Shown here piece by piece: positions 10,490-19,869 of a stretch of 64,000 bases of DNA (position 1 is its first letter; every line of letters begins with the position of its first letter). The stretch spans positions 64,001 to 128,000 of the forward strand of contig JBDHWW010000002.1 in the NCBI GenBank assembly GCA_039810425.1, read 5' to 3'. The DNA comes from Pseudobdellovibrionaceae bacterium (GTDB lineage: Bacteria; Bdellovibrionota; Bdellovibrionia; Bdellovibrionales; Bdellovibrionaceae). Both the position numbers and the translations under genes were made by a program. The notes under the pieces were generated by a model. The model made no database searches. It was not told where the DNA came from and saw nothing but the letters and a program-made list of their open reading frames with translations.

Positions 10490-11545
10490 ATGTCAGAAAT
10501 TGCCGAGCTTCCCCATCGTTTCATTCAAATCGATGAAGAGGGCTATATCCTCTTAGGGGAACTCCGTACTCAAGACCCTGAAGTCGGCGGCGAAGTCTTG
10601 CTGGAAATGGCTTTTGCGGACAACGGAGCGTTCATCAGCCGCTGCGGCGGCGTTCCGGTGACCGTTGAAGCCTTTGACGAGCCCTATGTGGTTGCGCAAG
10701 TTTCTTATGAAGGAAGCAAATGGGTTCTGTTGCTTCCGTATCATGTCGATTTTGAATTCAAACTGGAATCTCTCAGCCTCGATGAATGGGATCGTTTCCA
10801 CGGCAAAGCCAGCAATGGCATTCCATTTGTGATGTCTCGCAAAGCTCAAGCAACATTCTTTGGATTGCTTGAGGATTACGATGATAACACCATTACTTTT
10901 GACGGCGAAACCTATAACATCCCTTCGTACTTTCCCTCTGACAAAGACGTGAACAAGGCGGATTATTGGACGAATATTTACCACGAAGAGAAAAATCCCG
11001 GCTGGAATTTGGGAGAGCCTGCTGAAGCCCTCAAAGACATGTTGCCACGATTAAAGCTGCCAAAATCCCGCGTTTTGGTTTTGGGCTGTGGCGAAGGGCA
11101 TGATGCTGCCTTATTTGCGCAAGCAGGCCATGTTGTCACGGGAGTGGATTTCTCGGGGGAAGCTGTGGCCCGCGCGCGGAAAAACTACGGTGATATTCCT
11201 GGTTTGAAATTTGTCCAAGCGGACGCTTTCAAACTCGATCCGAGCTTTCAGAAGTCTTTTGATATCGTCTTCGAACACACTTGCTACTGCGCGATAGATC
11301 CGAGCCGTCGCCAAGAACTCGTGAAGGTGTGGAAAAACGTGCTTCATGACCAAGGCCAGCTCATGGGTGTCTTCTTCACAATGTATAAAAAGCAAGGTCC
11401 ACCTTATGGTGGTTCCGAATGGGAACTGCGCCAACGTCTGAAAGATTCTTTCCAGTTTGTTTTCTGGGGACGCTGGCAGAAGTCGCTGCCGAGAAGACAA
11501 GGTAAAGAGCTCTTTGTCTATGCTCAAAAAAAGTCGCTGAAATAA
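10490..11545 (+). CDS. Class I SAM methyltransferase (TPMT-like) with an extra N-terminal domain (DUF1285-like)
   Basis: WNLGEP, VLVLGCGEGHD, FEHTCYCAI and GPPYG motifs of the thiopurine/halide methyltransferase family; ~150-aa N-terminal extension. Confidence 0.8.
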   Translation: MSEIAELPHRFIQIDEEGYILLGELRTQDPEVGGEVLLEMAFADNGAFISRCGGVPVTVEAFDEPYVVAQVSYEGSKWVLLLPYHVDFEFKLESLSLDEWDRFHGKASNGIPFVMSRKAQATFFGLLEDYDDNTITFDGETYNIPSYFPSDKDVNKADYWTNIYHEEKNPGWNLGEPAEALKDMLPRLKLPKSRVLVLGCGEGHDAALFAQAGHVVTGVDFSGEAVARARKNYGDIPGLKFVQADAFKLDPSFQKSFDIVFEHTCYCAIDPSRRQELVKVWKNVLHDQGQLMGVFFTMYKKQGPPYGGSEWELRQRLKDSFQFVFWGRWQKSLPRRQGKELFVYAQKKSLK

Positions 11546-11635
11546 TATTATGCGACATGTGTATAATACTATTATTCATATGTATTTTAAATTCTCTATC
11601 AACTCCTTTATGTTGAATACATGAGGAGAACTCAT

Positions 11636-12160
11636 ATGAAATCACTAATCTCAGTTGTCGTATTTGTTTCAACAGTTCTTGGCGGAAATGTTTACGCTGA
11701 TGCCAAGGGCCCCGACGCCGATGCGTTCTACACATTGATCGAAACATACCGCCAAGCTTGTGCTCACGGCTGCACCGACCCGTTCAAAAATGAAGACGCT
11801 TTCAACTCAGAAGCGCCGGGACAATCCCGCCTTGCAAGCGATGTCGAGACAACATTGAAATACGTTGCAACTTCCCAAGCGCAAGTTTGGGCCGATACAA
11901 TTCTTGAAGGCGACTACTATGCCGCAGGCAACACCCGTTTAGACAGCGTCGTTGCTATCTACAAAAACAATGAGTTTATCGGTTACAAAATCACTTACTC
12001 CGAGCGCGCCTGGTTCACAGGTGACTGTGACTTCAACGGTATTGATGAGGCCACATTGACAAATTGCCAAGAAGGCCGCATTCACGAATCCACTTTTGTT
12101 TCACCTGATTTCAAAACATTCTTCCGCGATGAGGATGCACTTGCGGACTTCTCAGGCTAG
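11636..12160 (+). CDS. Hypothetical secreted protein
   Basis: AGGAG RBS, signal peptide, four Cys. Confidence 0.65.
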   Translation: MKSLISVVVFVSTVLGGNVYADAKGPDADAFYTLIETYRQACAHGCTDPFKNEDAFNSEAPGQSRLASDVETTLKYVATSQAQVWADTILEGDYYAAGNTRLDSVVAIYKNNEFIGYKITYSERAWFTGDCDFNGIDEATLTNCQEGRIHESTFVSPDFKTFFRDEDALADFSG

Positions 12161-12192
12161 TTAAAAAAGTCTTTAATAATATGTAAATTCTG

Positions 12193-12230
12193 CAAAGGGC
12201 TCGTATTTTTTAGCGGGCCCTTTGTTTTTT
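12193..12230 (+). terminator. Rho-independent terminator
   Basis: caaagggctcg / cgggccctttg stem followed by a T run. Confidence 0.7.
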
Positions 12231-12281
12231 CCCCAAGTCTGGGGCATTTTCCTGCTGTTTTTAACCTAAGGAGAATTTTCT

Positions 12282-13511
12282 ATGACTAAAATGCTTTCCT
12301 CCGTCGTTCTCGGTGCGCTCCTTTTCGGCGCGACGCTTTCTCACGCAGCCGTATGGCAAGAAACCCAAACTTGGACTCCAGAATGGGAACAAAAATACTC
12401 TCAATGGGTTCAAAACGAGTTCAATGAAGATATCTACATGACCGGCAACTACAAAGGCATCCCAACAGATTGTTCTGATGCTGTTTACTTGGGCCGTATC
12501 ATCTTTTCTTACGAAAACAAACTTCCATTCGTTATCAAGGACTCTACGGGTGGTTCTAGCCGTCTTTCAAACCAGATGTCCCGCTTCGACAGCACTGGTG
12601 ATTCTCTTCAACGCGTTCGCAAGTTCATGAACTTTGTTGCCGACGTGACGAGCACAAAGACTATGCCAGACGATACTTACCCTGTCGCGATCAACCGCAC
12701 TTACATCCGCCCAGGCACCGTATGGAGCCGCCCTCGCATCACGAAGGACAACATCTGGCGCAAAATCATCGGCGGCAGCGTGAAAGAGGATCCAGGACAC
12801 GCGGAAGTTGTCAAAGAAGTCACTGAGACTGGCGTCGTGAACTTGATCGGCTCCACCGTTCCTAAAGACCTCCGTATGCTCAACACGACTTCAAGCCTTG
12901 TGTTCATGCCCATCGAGACAAGCACTGGTTTCCGCAACTGGAAACAACCTTCTTTCTACTCTCAAGCGGTAGAAAGCCTTCCGGGCTATTCTTTGGAACA
13001 GTTCAATACTCTCGGTAAACGCGATGATGGACGCCGCAACCTAAAAGACTGGACTTCAGACGTTCAAGATCATTTGGCTTTGCGTGAAGAATCTAAAGAT
13101 GAAGAGGTGATCCGCCAAGTTGCTAACGTATGCAGCCTCGTGAATGCACGTGTGGACATCATCAAGAAGTCTGAAGCTCGCCGGGCAGCTCTCGGCGGCC
13201 AGTGCATGAACGCTGGTGACTATGATTCTTACTCTACACCGTCCCGAGATAAGCGCATTAAGACGACTTTGAAACAGATCATCGACACTGCCGGTGGCTA
13301 CGGCCTGACTTCTGCACAACGCGCGAAGAAGTTGAAGCCCGCTTTAGATAGCTGCCCAGATATCGAAATCACTCCGGGCCAAAAGATCGCTTTATACGAC
13401 TTCTCTATCGCCATGTTGAAGAACGACGTCTCTTCAAATCCAAACGACAGTTTTGCAGCTCGCTGGGGTTTAGAAACTCCTCCTGCAAACAAATGTCCAA
13501 AATATGAGTAA
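12282..13511 (+). CDS. Secreted protein with a possible papain-like/NlpC-P60 Cys-His site
   Basis: AAGGAG RBS, signal peptide, TDCSD ... IRPGTV ... PGHAEVV. Confidence 0.6.
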   Translation: MTKMLSSVVLGALLFGATLSHAAVWQETQTWTPEWEQKYSQWVQNEFNEDIYMTGNYKGIPTDCSDAVYLGRIIFSYENKLPFVIKDSTGGSSRLSNQMSRFDSTGDSLQRVRKFMNFVADVTSTKTMPDDTYPVAINRTYIRPGTVWSRPRITKDNIWRKIIGGSVKEDPGHAEVVKEVTETGVVNLIGSTVPKDLRMLNTTSSLVFMPIETSTGFRNWKQPSFYSQAVESLPGYSLEQFNTLGKRDDGRRNLKDWTSDVQDHLALREESKDEEVIRQVANVCSLVNARVDIIKKSEARRAALGGQCMNAGDYDSYSTPSRDKRIKTTLKQIIDTAGGYGLTSAQRAKKLKPALDSCPDIEITPGQKIALYDFSIAMLKNDVSSNPNDSFAARWGLETPPANKCPKYE

Positions 13512-14232
13512 CAAACGAAATCTTTTCGCTATTGTTTTTGGGGGAGCTGCCTTGATAGGGGTGGCTCTTCACTTTTTTGGGGCCCCAAAACAAGCTTCAG
13601 AACCTAAAATCCCGACGGCGGCGGAGGCTGTCCCTGCTGTGGATGTTTCGCCGACTCCGGCCTTTAATGTGGCGGCACCAACTCCGCAACCAACCCCAAG
13701 TCCGGAGGGGCCCATTCCGCTTTTGGGTCCGCAATTACGTAAAATCGGCGACTGCCTGCAAATCCATAATAGTCTAGATGATAAGGCTGATTTGAATTTC
13801 CACTCTCTGCAGGATTCCCTGCGTGGCGAACTCGGCGATCTCTTGGCTACCGATATTGACTGGCAGAATGTGCACTTCACGTTGCCTAATGGTGAAAAGC
13901 GCCGCTTACGTATCGAAATCGAAGGCACCGGCGAAGAAGGCTCTGCTCGCGTGCTAAAGCTCTACGGCGTTGATAAAGAAGATTTGCCAATCCCTATTCC
14001 ACTGACCGAAGCACAGAGCAAAAATCCATCGACTGAATACATTGCGAGTATTGAAAACCAAGGCCAAGTGACTCTGCGCGAAGCCGCTAGCCACGGTGTT
14101 TTTAGCAAAGGCGCTGATTTGTTTTATACCGAACGCAACGGTTTTCTTTCCGATTTAGAAATTTCTTACGAAGGCAAGGGTGTGAAGTGCCAGGATCTTC
14201 AAAGCAGTCACGGAAACTGCAACTGTTTTTGA
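13504..14232 (+). CDS. Hypothetical membrane-anchored protein
   Basis: N-terminal TM, Pro-rich linker; overlaps the upstream stop (operon). Confidence 0.6.
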   Translation: MSNKRNLFAIVFGGAALIGVALHFFGAPKQASEPKIPTAAEAVPAVDVSPTPAFNVAAPTPQPTPSPEGPIPLLGPQLRKIGDCLQIHNSLDDKADLNFHSLQDSLRGELGDLLATDIDWQNVHFTLPNGEKRRLRIEIEGTGEEGSARVLKLYGVDKEDLPIPIPLTEAQSKNPSTEYIASIENQGQVTLREAASHGVFSKGADLFYTERNGFLSDLEISYEGKGVKCQDLQSSHGNCNCF

Positions 14233-14314
14233 AATTTCAGTCATTTGTTCTCTTACATAAAAACCGCTAGAACCCTTGATATATGATAGTCCTAATATTT
14301 AAGGAGGGTTCTAT

Positions 14315-14488
14315 ATGTTACGCGCAGCTATTGCATTTTTCATCTTGGCGATTGTCGCATTCATCCTAGGAGCCGCAGGTATTGCCGGCGTTTCTATGGA
14401 GATTGGTAAGCTTCTTCTGACCGTCTTCCTCGTTCTCGCCGTCATTAGCTTTATCATCGACCTTGTCAGCCGCCGCGGCAGTCGTTGA
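14315..14488 (+). CDS. DUF1328 (UPF0391) small membrane protein, 57 aa, not in ORF track
   Basis: AAGGAGG RBS; translates MLRAAIAFFILAIVAFILGAAGIAGVSMEIGKLLLTVFLVLAVISFIIDLVSRRGSR. Confidence 0.9.
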   Translation: MLRAAIAFFILAIVAFILGAAGIAGVSMEIGKLLLTVFLVLAVISFIIDLVSRRGSR

Positions 14489-14585
14489 CGTCTTCAGACT
14501 TTGACAAAGTAAAGTCTAGATCCATAAATGAATTTACATATTCGCGCCCCCTCTTGTACCTTAACAAAGTAACAAGAGGGGAAAA

Positions 14586-15386
14586 ATGCGTTTATTCATA
14601 TCTTTGTTCATTCTATTGCTGACGGTCGCTGCCCAGGCTCAGACTGTTGAAAAAGTAAGTGGTGATCAAGTCACTGTAACTCTGCAAGGTTCTGAAACCT
14701 TGACCCCTGGTGACAAGGTTTCATTCCTCAATGCCTTACTAAACACCTTCGGCCAAGGTGAGGTGACAGGTGTTTCTGAAGGCGGCCGCAGGGCGACGAT
14801 CAAAATTACCTCGGGTGATGCAAGGCCCGGCATGACTCTGGAAAAAGCGACTCACGCTGCGGCTCCTGAGAAAAAAATAATGGACCACGATGAACAGGTC
14901 GAAATTGTTCCGCGCAATCAACCAAATCCTCCGAACTCCCGTTACCTTACCGACGAGGACCGCCGCATTCTAAGTGTCGGTGAAATTAGCAGCACGGCTT
15001 ATATCGTCGGTGGTTTACTGAGTATTTATCCCGGCTTTGGCATCGGTCATGCGGCTCAGGGCCGTTTCTCTGATAAAGGCTGGATCTTTACCGCCGGCGA
15101 ACTCGGCTCTCTTGCCCTGGTCGTCGCGGGCGCCAGTGATTGCTGGAGTGATACGTCGTCGTCTGCACACTCAGACCATACTTGTAACGGCGGTGACGCT
15201 ATTGTCCTGGGCCTCGTGGGTTACATCGGATTTCACATATGGGAAATCGTCGATGCCTGGGTTGCACCTTCGCAAATTAACAATCACTACCGCAGCCTGC
15301 GTGGCCAGACGAACCAGAGTTCCCTGCAACCGATCTTTGCACCCACCAAAGATGGTGCTGTGGCGGGCTTCCGGGTGACATTTTAA
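14586..15386 (+). CDS. Exported protein with C-terminal Borrelia P13-like region
   Basis: Signal peptide; PGFGIGHAAQG motif followed by hydrophobic helices; C-terminal F. Confidence 0.55.
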   Translation: MRLFISLFILLLTVAAQAQTVEKVSGDQVTVTLQGSETLTPGDKVSFLNALLNTFGQGEVTGVSEGGRRATIKITSGDARPGMTLEKATHAAAPEKKIMDHDEQVEIVPRNQPNPPNSRYLTDEDRRILSVGEISSTAYIVGGLLSIYPGFGIGHAAQGRFSDKGWIFTAGELGSLALVVAGASDCWSDTSSSAHSDHTCNGGDAIVLGLVGYIGFHIWEIVDAWVAPSQINNHYRSLRGQTNQSSLQPIFAPTKDGAVAGFRVTF

Positions 15387-15557
15387 AACGCGTCCCTTAA
15401 TAGTCCTGAAAGCGCCTCGATCGCGCCACGCCAAGTGCCAAGGCAGTTCTTAAATTCTTAAAATGAGACTTTCTTAGAAATTGCAAATCTCTTCCTCACT
15501 TGATTCTCAGAGCGAGAACCTCTCGGGGAAGACTGGAAATGCCCCTATACTAAGTGA

Positions 15558-16079
15558 ATGAAGACGTTTGTTGTGCTGGCGATAGTTTGGTTTTTGTATT
15601 CTTTGACTGCCTGTTCTAGTGGTGACGCCGGCTTAACAAATGGTGAGCTGCAAATGGGCTCGTCAGCCACCTATGAGCTGACGCCTGATTGCCTTGACTA
15701 CGACATGGATGGCCCTTCTTGTGCCGCTTTTAAGGCAACGAACGCCCAACGTATCGTGAATGGCTTGCCTGCTTTTTCTTACTGCAAAACTTGCACAGCT
15801 ATGGCCGAAGAACAGAGCAAGGATATGAATGACCGTGGTTACTTTGACCATACTCGTCCTGATGGCGAAACCTTCGCCCAGCGCGCCGCCCGCTTTGGTA
15901 TCAGCAAAGGTGCTGGCGAAAACATCGCTTGGGGGAAACTCGGTAATGATGTAGTTGTTCTGTGGATGAATAGCCCTGGTCACCGCGCCAATATCCTCAA
16001 CCCTAACTTCAAATCCATGGGTATCGGAACTTATAACCTCTACACCTCTCAAGTGTTCTACATCGGAACTGACAAATAG
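15558..16079 (+). CDS. CAP/SCP-domain lipoprotein
   Basis: Lipobox LTAC; GYFDH, GENIA and WMNSPGHRANIL motifs. Confidence 0.9.
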   Translation: MKTFVVLAIVWFLYSLTACSSGDAGLTNGELQMGSSATYELTPDCLDYDMDGPSCAAFKATNAQRIVNGLPAFSYCKTCTAMAEEQSKDMNDRGYFDHTRPDGETFAQRAARFGISKGAGENIAWGKLGNDVVVLWMNSPGHRANILNPNFKSMGIGTYNLYTSQVFYIGTDK

Positions 16080-17036
16080 TTAGAAAATATTGAGCGTTGT
16101 ATTAAGCCCCGCATTCGTGCGCCCAAGGCTTAAATGCTCCGGGGCAAATTGAATATTCGGATACAGATACACGTCTCTGGTGACTGCAATGCCAAACCCC
16201 ACCGACTGTGTGTAAAGCGCGCGGTTATAGGTTCTTGAGTTGTCGTAGCGGTAATGGTCAAAGGTGAGGAAGCGAAAGACCGTTCGGAACGAATAGCGTT
16301 CATTAAACGCATACTCCGCAAAAGGATAAAGACCAATCGTATAATCCGAGCGTCCCGATTCGGGATTTGTCAGTGCATCCGCCGGCTGTTTCTCATCGTT
16401 AAAGAATGTGTAGTTGAAATCAATATTGCCGCCGACTTCCCATTCTGTATCCGTGATTTTGTACAAAGCCGTGTGGTTTAGGTCGAAAGTTCCAACGTAG
16501 TGGGCCTGGGTATAAGCTGACTGCGTGATCTGTGTGTAAGACGTATCGAAAATATTCTGCCAGCGCCCAAGTTTCATCGAGCGGGAATATTCTAAGTAGG
16601 GATTCGAGATATCGGCCTTGCGATTGCCGTTAGAGTTGGTGACTTCTTCCCACGAGTTGTGAAAGGGCGTTAGAACTAAAACCCCCGTTCCTGCCCGTAC
16701 GCTATCATGCGCGGTTAGACGATAGGCCACCGCAATGGTTCCGGCAATGGACGTGCTATTATCTTGCGAAGAAATGCCGGCGTAGTTCGGGCGAATCGGG
16801 CCAAAAGGAGTTTCTAAATTCCCGCCGTTATAGCTTATGTCGGCCTTGATCGACCACTCTGATTTTGATCCGGACTCCGCCCGCAATTTGGCGTTAGTGA
16901 TCTCGGCATCAAGGTCCGGAATGTCCGTGGCCTGAGCCACCGTTGTGGGCTTTGGCTTATTCTCCGGTACGCTGGCATCTTGAGCTCGGGCACTCATGAC
17001 TGAAAATGCCATGAGAGCAACTATGTAAAGTCTCAT
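16080..17036 (-). CDS. Outer-membrane beta-barrel (porin-like) protein
   Basis: Signal peptide, amphipathic strands, C-terminal LNIF. Confidence 0.7.
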   Translation of the reverse strand: MRLYIVALMAFSVMSARAQDASVPENKPKPTTVAQATDIPDLDAEITNAKLRAESGSKSEWSIKADISYNGGNLETPFGPIRPNYAGISSQDNSTSIAGTIAVAYRLTAHDSVRAGTGVLVLTPFHNSWEEVTNSNGNRKADISNPYLEYSRSMKLGRWQNIFDTSYTQITQSAYTQAHYVGTFDLNHTALYKITDTEWEVGGNIDFNYTFFNDEKQPADALTNPESGRSDYTIGLYPFAEYAFNERYSFRTVFRFLTFDHYRYDNSRTYNRALYTQSVGFGIAVTRDVYLYPNIQFAPEHLSLGRTNAGLNTTLNIF

Positions 17037-17077
17037 AGAGCCTCATCATAGGACGTTCCACCGCAATGAATGTGAAG

Positions 17078-17899
17078 TTAAGGTCCGCATTTCGTAGCAA
17101 CTTTATGGCCTACAACAGTTTTGCGATGCCCTTGCGGCTCTCCCTTTTCAAAGAGCCACAATGTCCCCGGTTCAAAGGGAACCCAGGCTTCATTATCTGT
17201 CAACGGAGCTGTTGCAATGACCGCCACTTGATCGGTAGACGACGCCACAGAACTAAAGTCCACTTTGACGTCACGATCTTTAAGATGCGCCGTTGGGAAC
17301 GGCGCCTTGCGAATGATATAGGAAAGTTTATCGGCCATCGAGCAATGCGCAAAAAGCTGATCACCATTTGAAAACAAGAAGTTGAACTCACCGTGCTTGC
17401 CAATTTCTTTGGTAAGCGTTGCCAGAGTTTCAAAGAGCGCTTCCATGCCCGGCATTTGCAAACCATGGCGGTTACGGAATTCCTGCATGATCCAGCAAAA
17501 GGCGCGCTCACTGTCGGTACTTCCCACTGGCAAGAAAGAACCATCGAGTGTCGGTTTGAAATCCGGCACGTTTCCATTGTGTGCGAAAATCCAGTAGCGG
17601 CCCCAAAGTTCACGCATGAAGGGATGGGTGTTTTCTAAACTCGCCACCCCTTGCGTGGCTTTGCGAATGTGGGCAATGACACTCTTTGAATGAATCGGAT
17701 AGGCCTTTATGAACTCGGCCACCGGAGAATGAATCGATGCTTTGGAATCTAAAAATTGCCGAACGGCTTTGCCCTCGAAGAATGCAATCCCCCAACCATC
17801 TTTATGATCGCCAGTAAGACCGCCACGCGCTTGAAAACCGGTGAACGAAAAACAAATATCGGTGGGCACATTGCAATTCATTGCAAGAAGTTGGCACAT
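17078..17899 (-). CDS. yafJ: Class II glutamine amidotransferase (YafJ family)
   Basis: N-terminal MCQLLAMN (Cys2), HKDGWG, NTHPF, FAHNG and TDSE motifs. Confidence 0.9.
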   Translation of the reverse strand: MCQLLAMNCNVPTDICFSFTGFQARGGLTGDHKDGWGIAFFEGKAVRQFLDSKASIHSPVAEFIKAYPIHSKSVIAHIRKATQGVASLENTHPFMRELWGRYWIFAHNGNVPDFKPTLDGSFLPVGSTDSERAFCWIMQEFRNRHGLQMPGMEALFETLATLTKEIGKHGEFNFLFSNGDQLFAHCSMADKLSYIIRKAPFPTAHLKDRDVKVDFSSVASSTDQVAVIATAPLTDNEAWVPFEPGTLWLFEKGEPQGHRKTVVGHKVATKCGP

Positions 17900-18010
17900 A
17901 TCCCTATTCTAGCAAGATTCGGACAAAATGAAAGGATGTCCTGGGCCTTCCACCCGTCATAAGTAGGACCTTGCGGAGGGAGGTCGCCTAGAGAAACAAC
18001 GAGGTGGGAA

Positions 18011-18392
18011 CGTGGTTTTGCTGTAAGCCGGATTCTGTCCCAGTCACCAGGTCCCATAAGTTTCCCGATAACCTTGGATGATCATTCCTCTAGGAGGGTC
18101 CTTACGGACCCCCTCAAGCGATCTTACCCGGAAGCTACCCACGGGTCGTGGTACTATTGCTTCCCTATTTGATCTTGCTCCGCGCAGAGTTTGGCTGTTT
18201 TCACTCCAGCGGCTCCCCCGGACCCTCCCGTTCCCGGAATCCGGCTCAATGCCCTGGACATTCTCTCTGTTCCACTGTTCCTTGCATTACTGCAGAGGGG
18301 CGTTACCCCTTGCGCTACCCTTTGGAGTCCGGACTTTCCTCCCCCCAAGAACCCCGAAAGGCCCTTTGGCGGCGATCATCCGCAAAACCGCA
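18011..18392 (-). ncRNA. rnpB: RNase P RNA (bacterial class A)
   Basis: Minus strand has GAGGAAAGUCCGG near the 5' end and ACAGAAUCCGGCUUA near the 3' end. P1 pairs gcggttttgc with gcaaaaccac. Confidence 0.95.
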
Positions 18393-18505
18393 GTTCTTCT
18401 AACACTCTAGGCCATAAACTGTAAACCCCCAAACGCTGTTTTGAGTTCACAGGGGGCGATTTTTCTATTAATTTGGGGTTCTTCAGCTAAATAAGGATGC
18501 TACAT

Positions 18506-18949
18506 ATGAAAATTTTAGTTTCAGTTCTCGTTTTCGTGACAGCTTTGACCCTTGGCGTGAGTGCCTTGGCCGAAATGAATAAAGAAGGCGCCATCGATAT
18601 GGACGGCCTTTTCCCACCTCCTAAAAATGATATGAGCCAAAGCGAGCGTCCTGAGAAGCCGGAATTGGTGGCTCCCGTGTTTTTCGCTAAAATCGGCGCC
18701 TCTTCGGTCAAGCTGGAATGGAAGGCGTCTCCTCACGCCGAGGCTTACCACGTGCAAGTAGCAACAGACTCAAGCTTCAAATGGTTGGTCAAAGAAGAGG
18801 AGATGTTCAAAGGCACTTCTTTGGAAGTCACTGGTCTTGAGGGTGGAAAGCACTATTTCTGGCGTGTTTCTGCGGAAAGGCCCAGCAATAAAGAAGGCCA
18901 CACACATGGCTCTTTCGTGTCGTCCATGTTTGCGACTTCCGCGAAGTAG
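18506..18949 (+). CDS. Secreted fibronectin type III domain protein
   Basis: Signal peptide; LEW...AYHVQV...GLEGGKHYFWRV Fn3 pattern. Confidence 0.8.
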   Translation: MKILVSVLVFVTALTLGVSALAEMNKEGAIDMDGLFPPPKNDMSQSERPEKPELVAPVFFAKIGASSVKLEWKASPHAEAYHVQVATDSSFKWLVKEEEMFKGTSLEVTGLEGGKHYFWRVSAERPSNKEGHTHGSFVSSMFATSAK

Positions 18950-18952
18950 TTT

Positions 18953-19726
18953 CTATTTTGTTTTATACTTAGATTTTGTTTTCGGACGGGGCAAGGTTTT
19001 TACAAAGGACCTTGCCTCTTCTTTTTCCAGCTCAGTAATCGCGCCCCAGTCTTTATTCGTGAGTGCACCAATAATCGCATAGGCAAATAGCGAATGTCTG
19101 CTCTGAGCATCCGCTTTTACGAGCTTCACCATGGTTTTTTTCCACCCGAGCTCTATGAATTGTCGAACGGTTTTAATCCCCGCTTTGCGAAATGCTTCTT
19201 CACTCTTCGGGCCTAGGTTTTTAAGATCCGAAATCTTCTTAGCTTTCTTCAAGGCATCTACGGCCGGCTCATCCGAGAACATTCTCGGCGTGCGTGTGTC
19301 GATGTTGCCGTAGTCTTCTTCTTTTTGGGCGCGCTTCTTTTTCGAAGTCTTCGGCTTCGGAACGCTTCCCCAATAGCTTGTCGGCTTCACCGCCTGAGCT
19401 ATCACCTCAGTGACGAGGTCTTCGAAATTTTCAGTCTCTAGCGGAAGATAGAGCCACTTCGGCAGAATCGGATGCGGCGTTAAAAAGGGAAAGCGCGCTA
19501 ACGCCTTTCCCTGAAACTCGCGATCCACCGGAAACATACAACCATTCCATATTTCAAATGGATATTTTTGGCGCTTATAAGTGCGATTCCCCGTACTCTC
19601 AAAGGTCGCAAGAACCATCTTGTCCTCGATATAATAGGCAAAGCCACCGAACATTGCTTTTCGGCGGTACTCGTCTTCGGGAAGAAGACCTTCAATCCAT
19701 TTAAGTTCTTGGGGTTCTTTAGCCAT
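18953..19726 (-). CDS. TfoX/Sxy family protein (TfoX_N plus TfoX_C/HhH)
   Basis: KAMFGGFAYY (TfoX_N) and LKNLGPKSEEAFRKAGI (TfoX_C). Confidence 0.8.
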   Translation of the reverse strand: MAKEPQELKWIEGLLPEDEYRRKAMFGGFAYYIEDKMVLATFESTGNRTYKRQKYPFEIWNGCMFPVDREFQGKALARFPFLTPHPILPKWLYLPLETENFEDLVTEVIAQAVKPTSYWGSVPKPKTSKKKRAQKEEDYGNIDTRTPRMFSDEPAVDALKKAKKISDLKNLGPKSEEAFRKAGIKTVRQFIELGWKKTMVKLVKADAQSRHSLFAYAIIGALTNKDWGAITELEKEEARSFVKTLPRPKTKSKYKTK

Positions 19727-19766
19727 ACATTCTTATAGCGCGGCTCTCTGTGGGCCGTCTAGGGAT

Positions 19767-19782
19767 TGGTAGTTTCATTGCA
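19767..19782 (+). promoter_or_regulatory. Candidate sigma54 -24/-12 promoter of the MBOAT-like gene
   Basis: TGGTAGTTTCATTGCA gives GG-N10-GC with TTGCA, ~90 bp upstream of ATG19870. Confidence 0.3.
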
Positions 19783-19869
19783 AAGCCGCCAAAAGTTCTA
19801 TCAGGACCTTAGTGCCCCTCTCGACGGCGGTTTACTTGTGGTCCCATACAAAATGAACAAAAATGGGCC

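Noticed and set aside
16080..17036. Assignment to the Bdellovibrio major porin-like (PopA) family
   Set aside because: Only a vague recollection of similarity; it cannot be supported without a search.
18078..18424. Four short overlapping ORFs in the track
   Set aside because: They are chance frames over the RNase P RNA gene.
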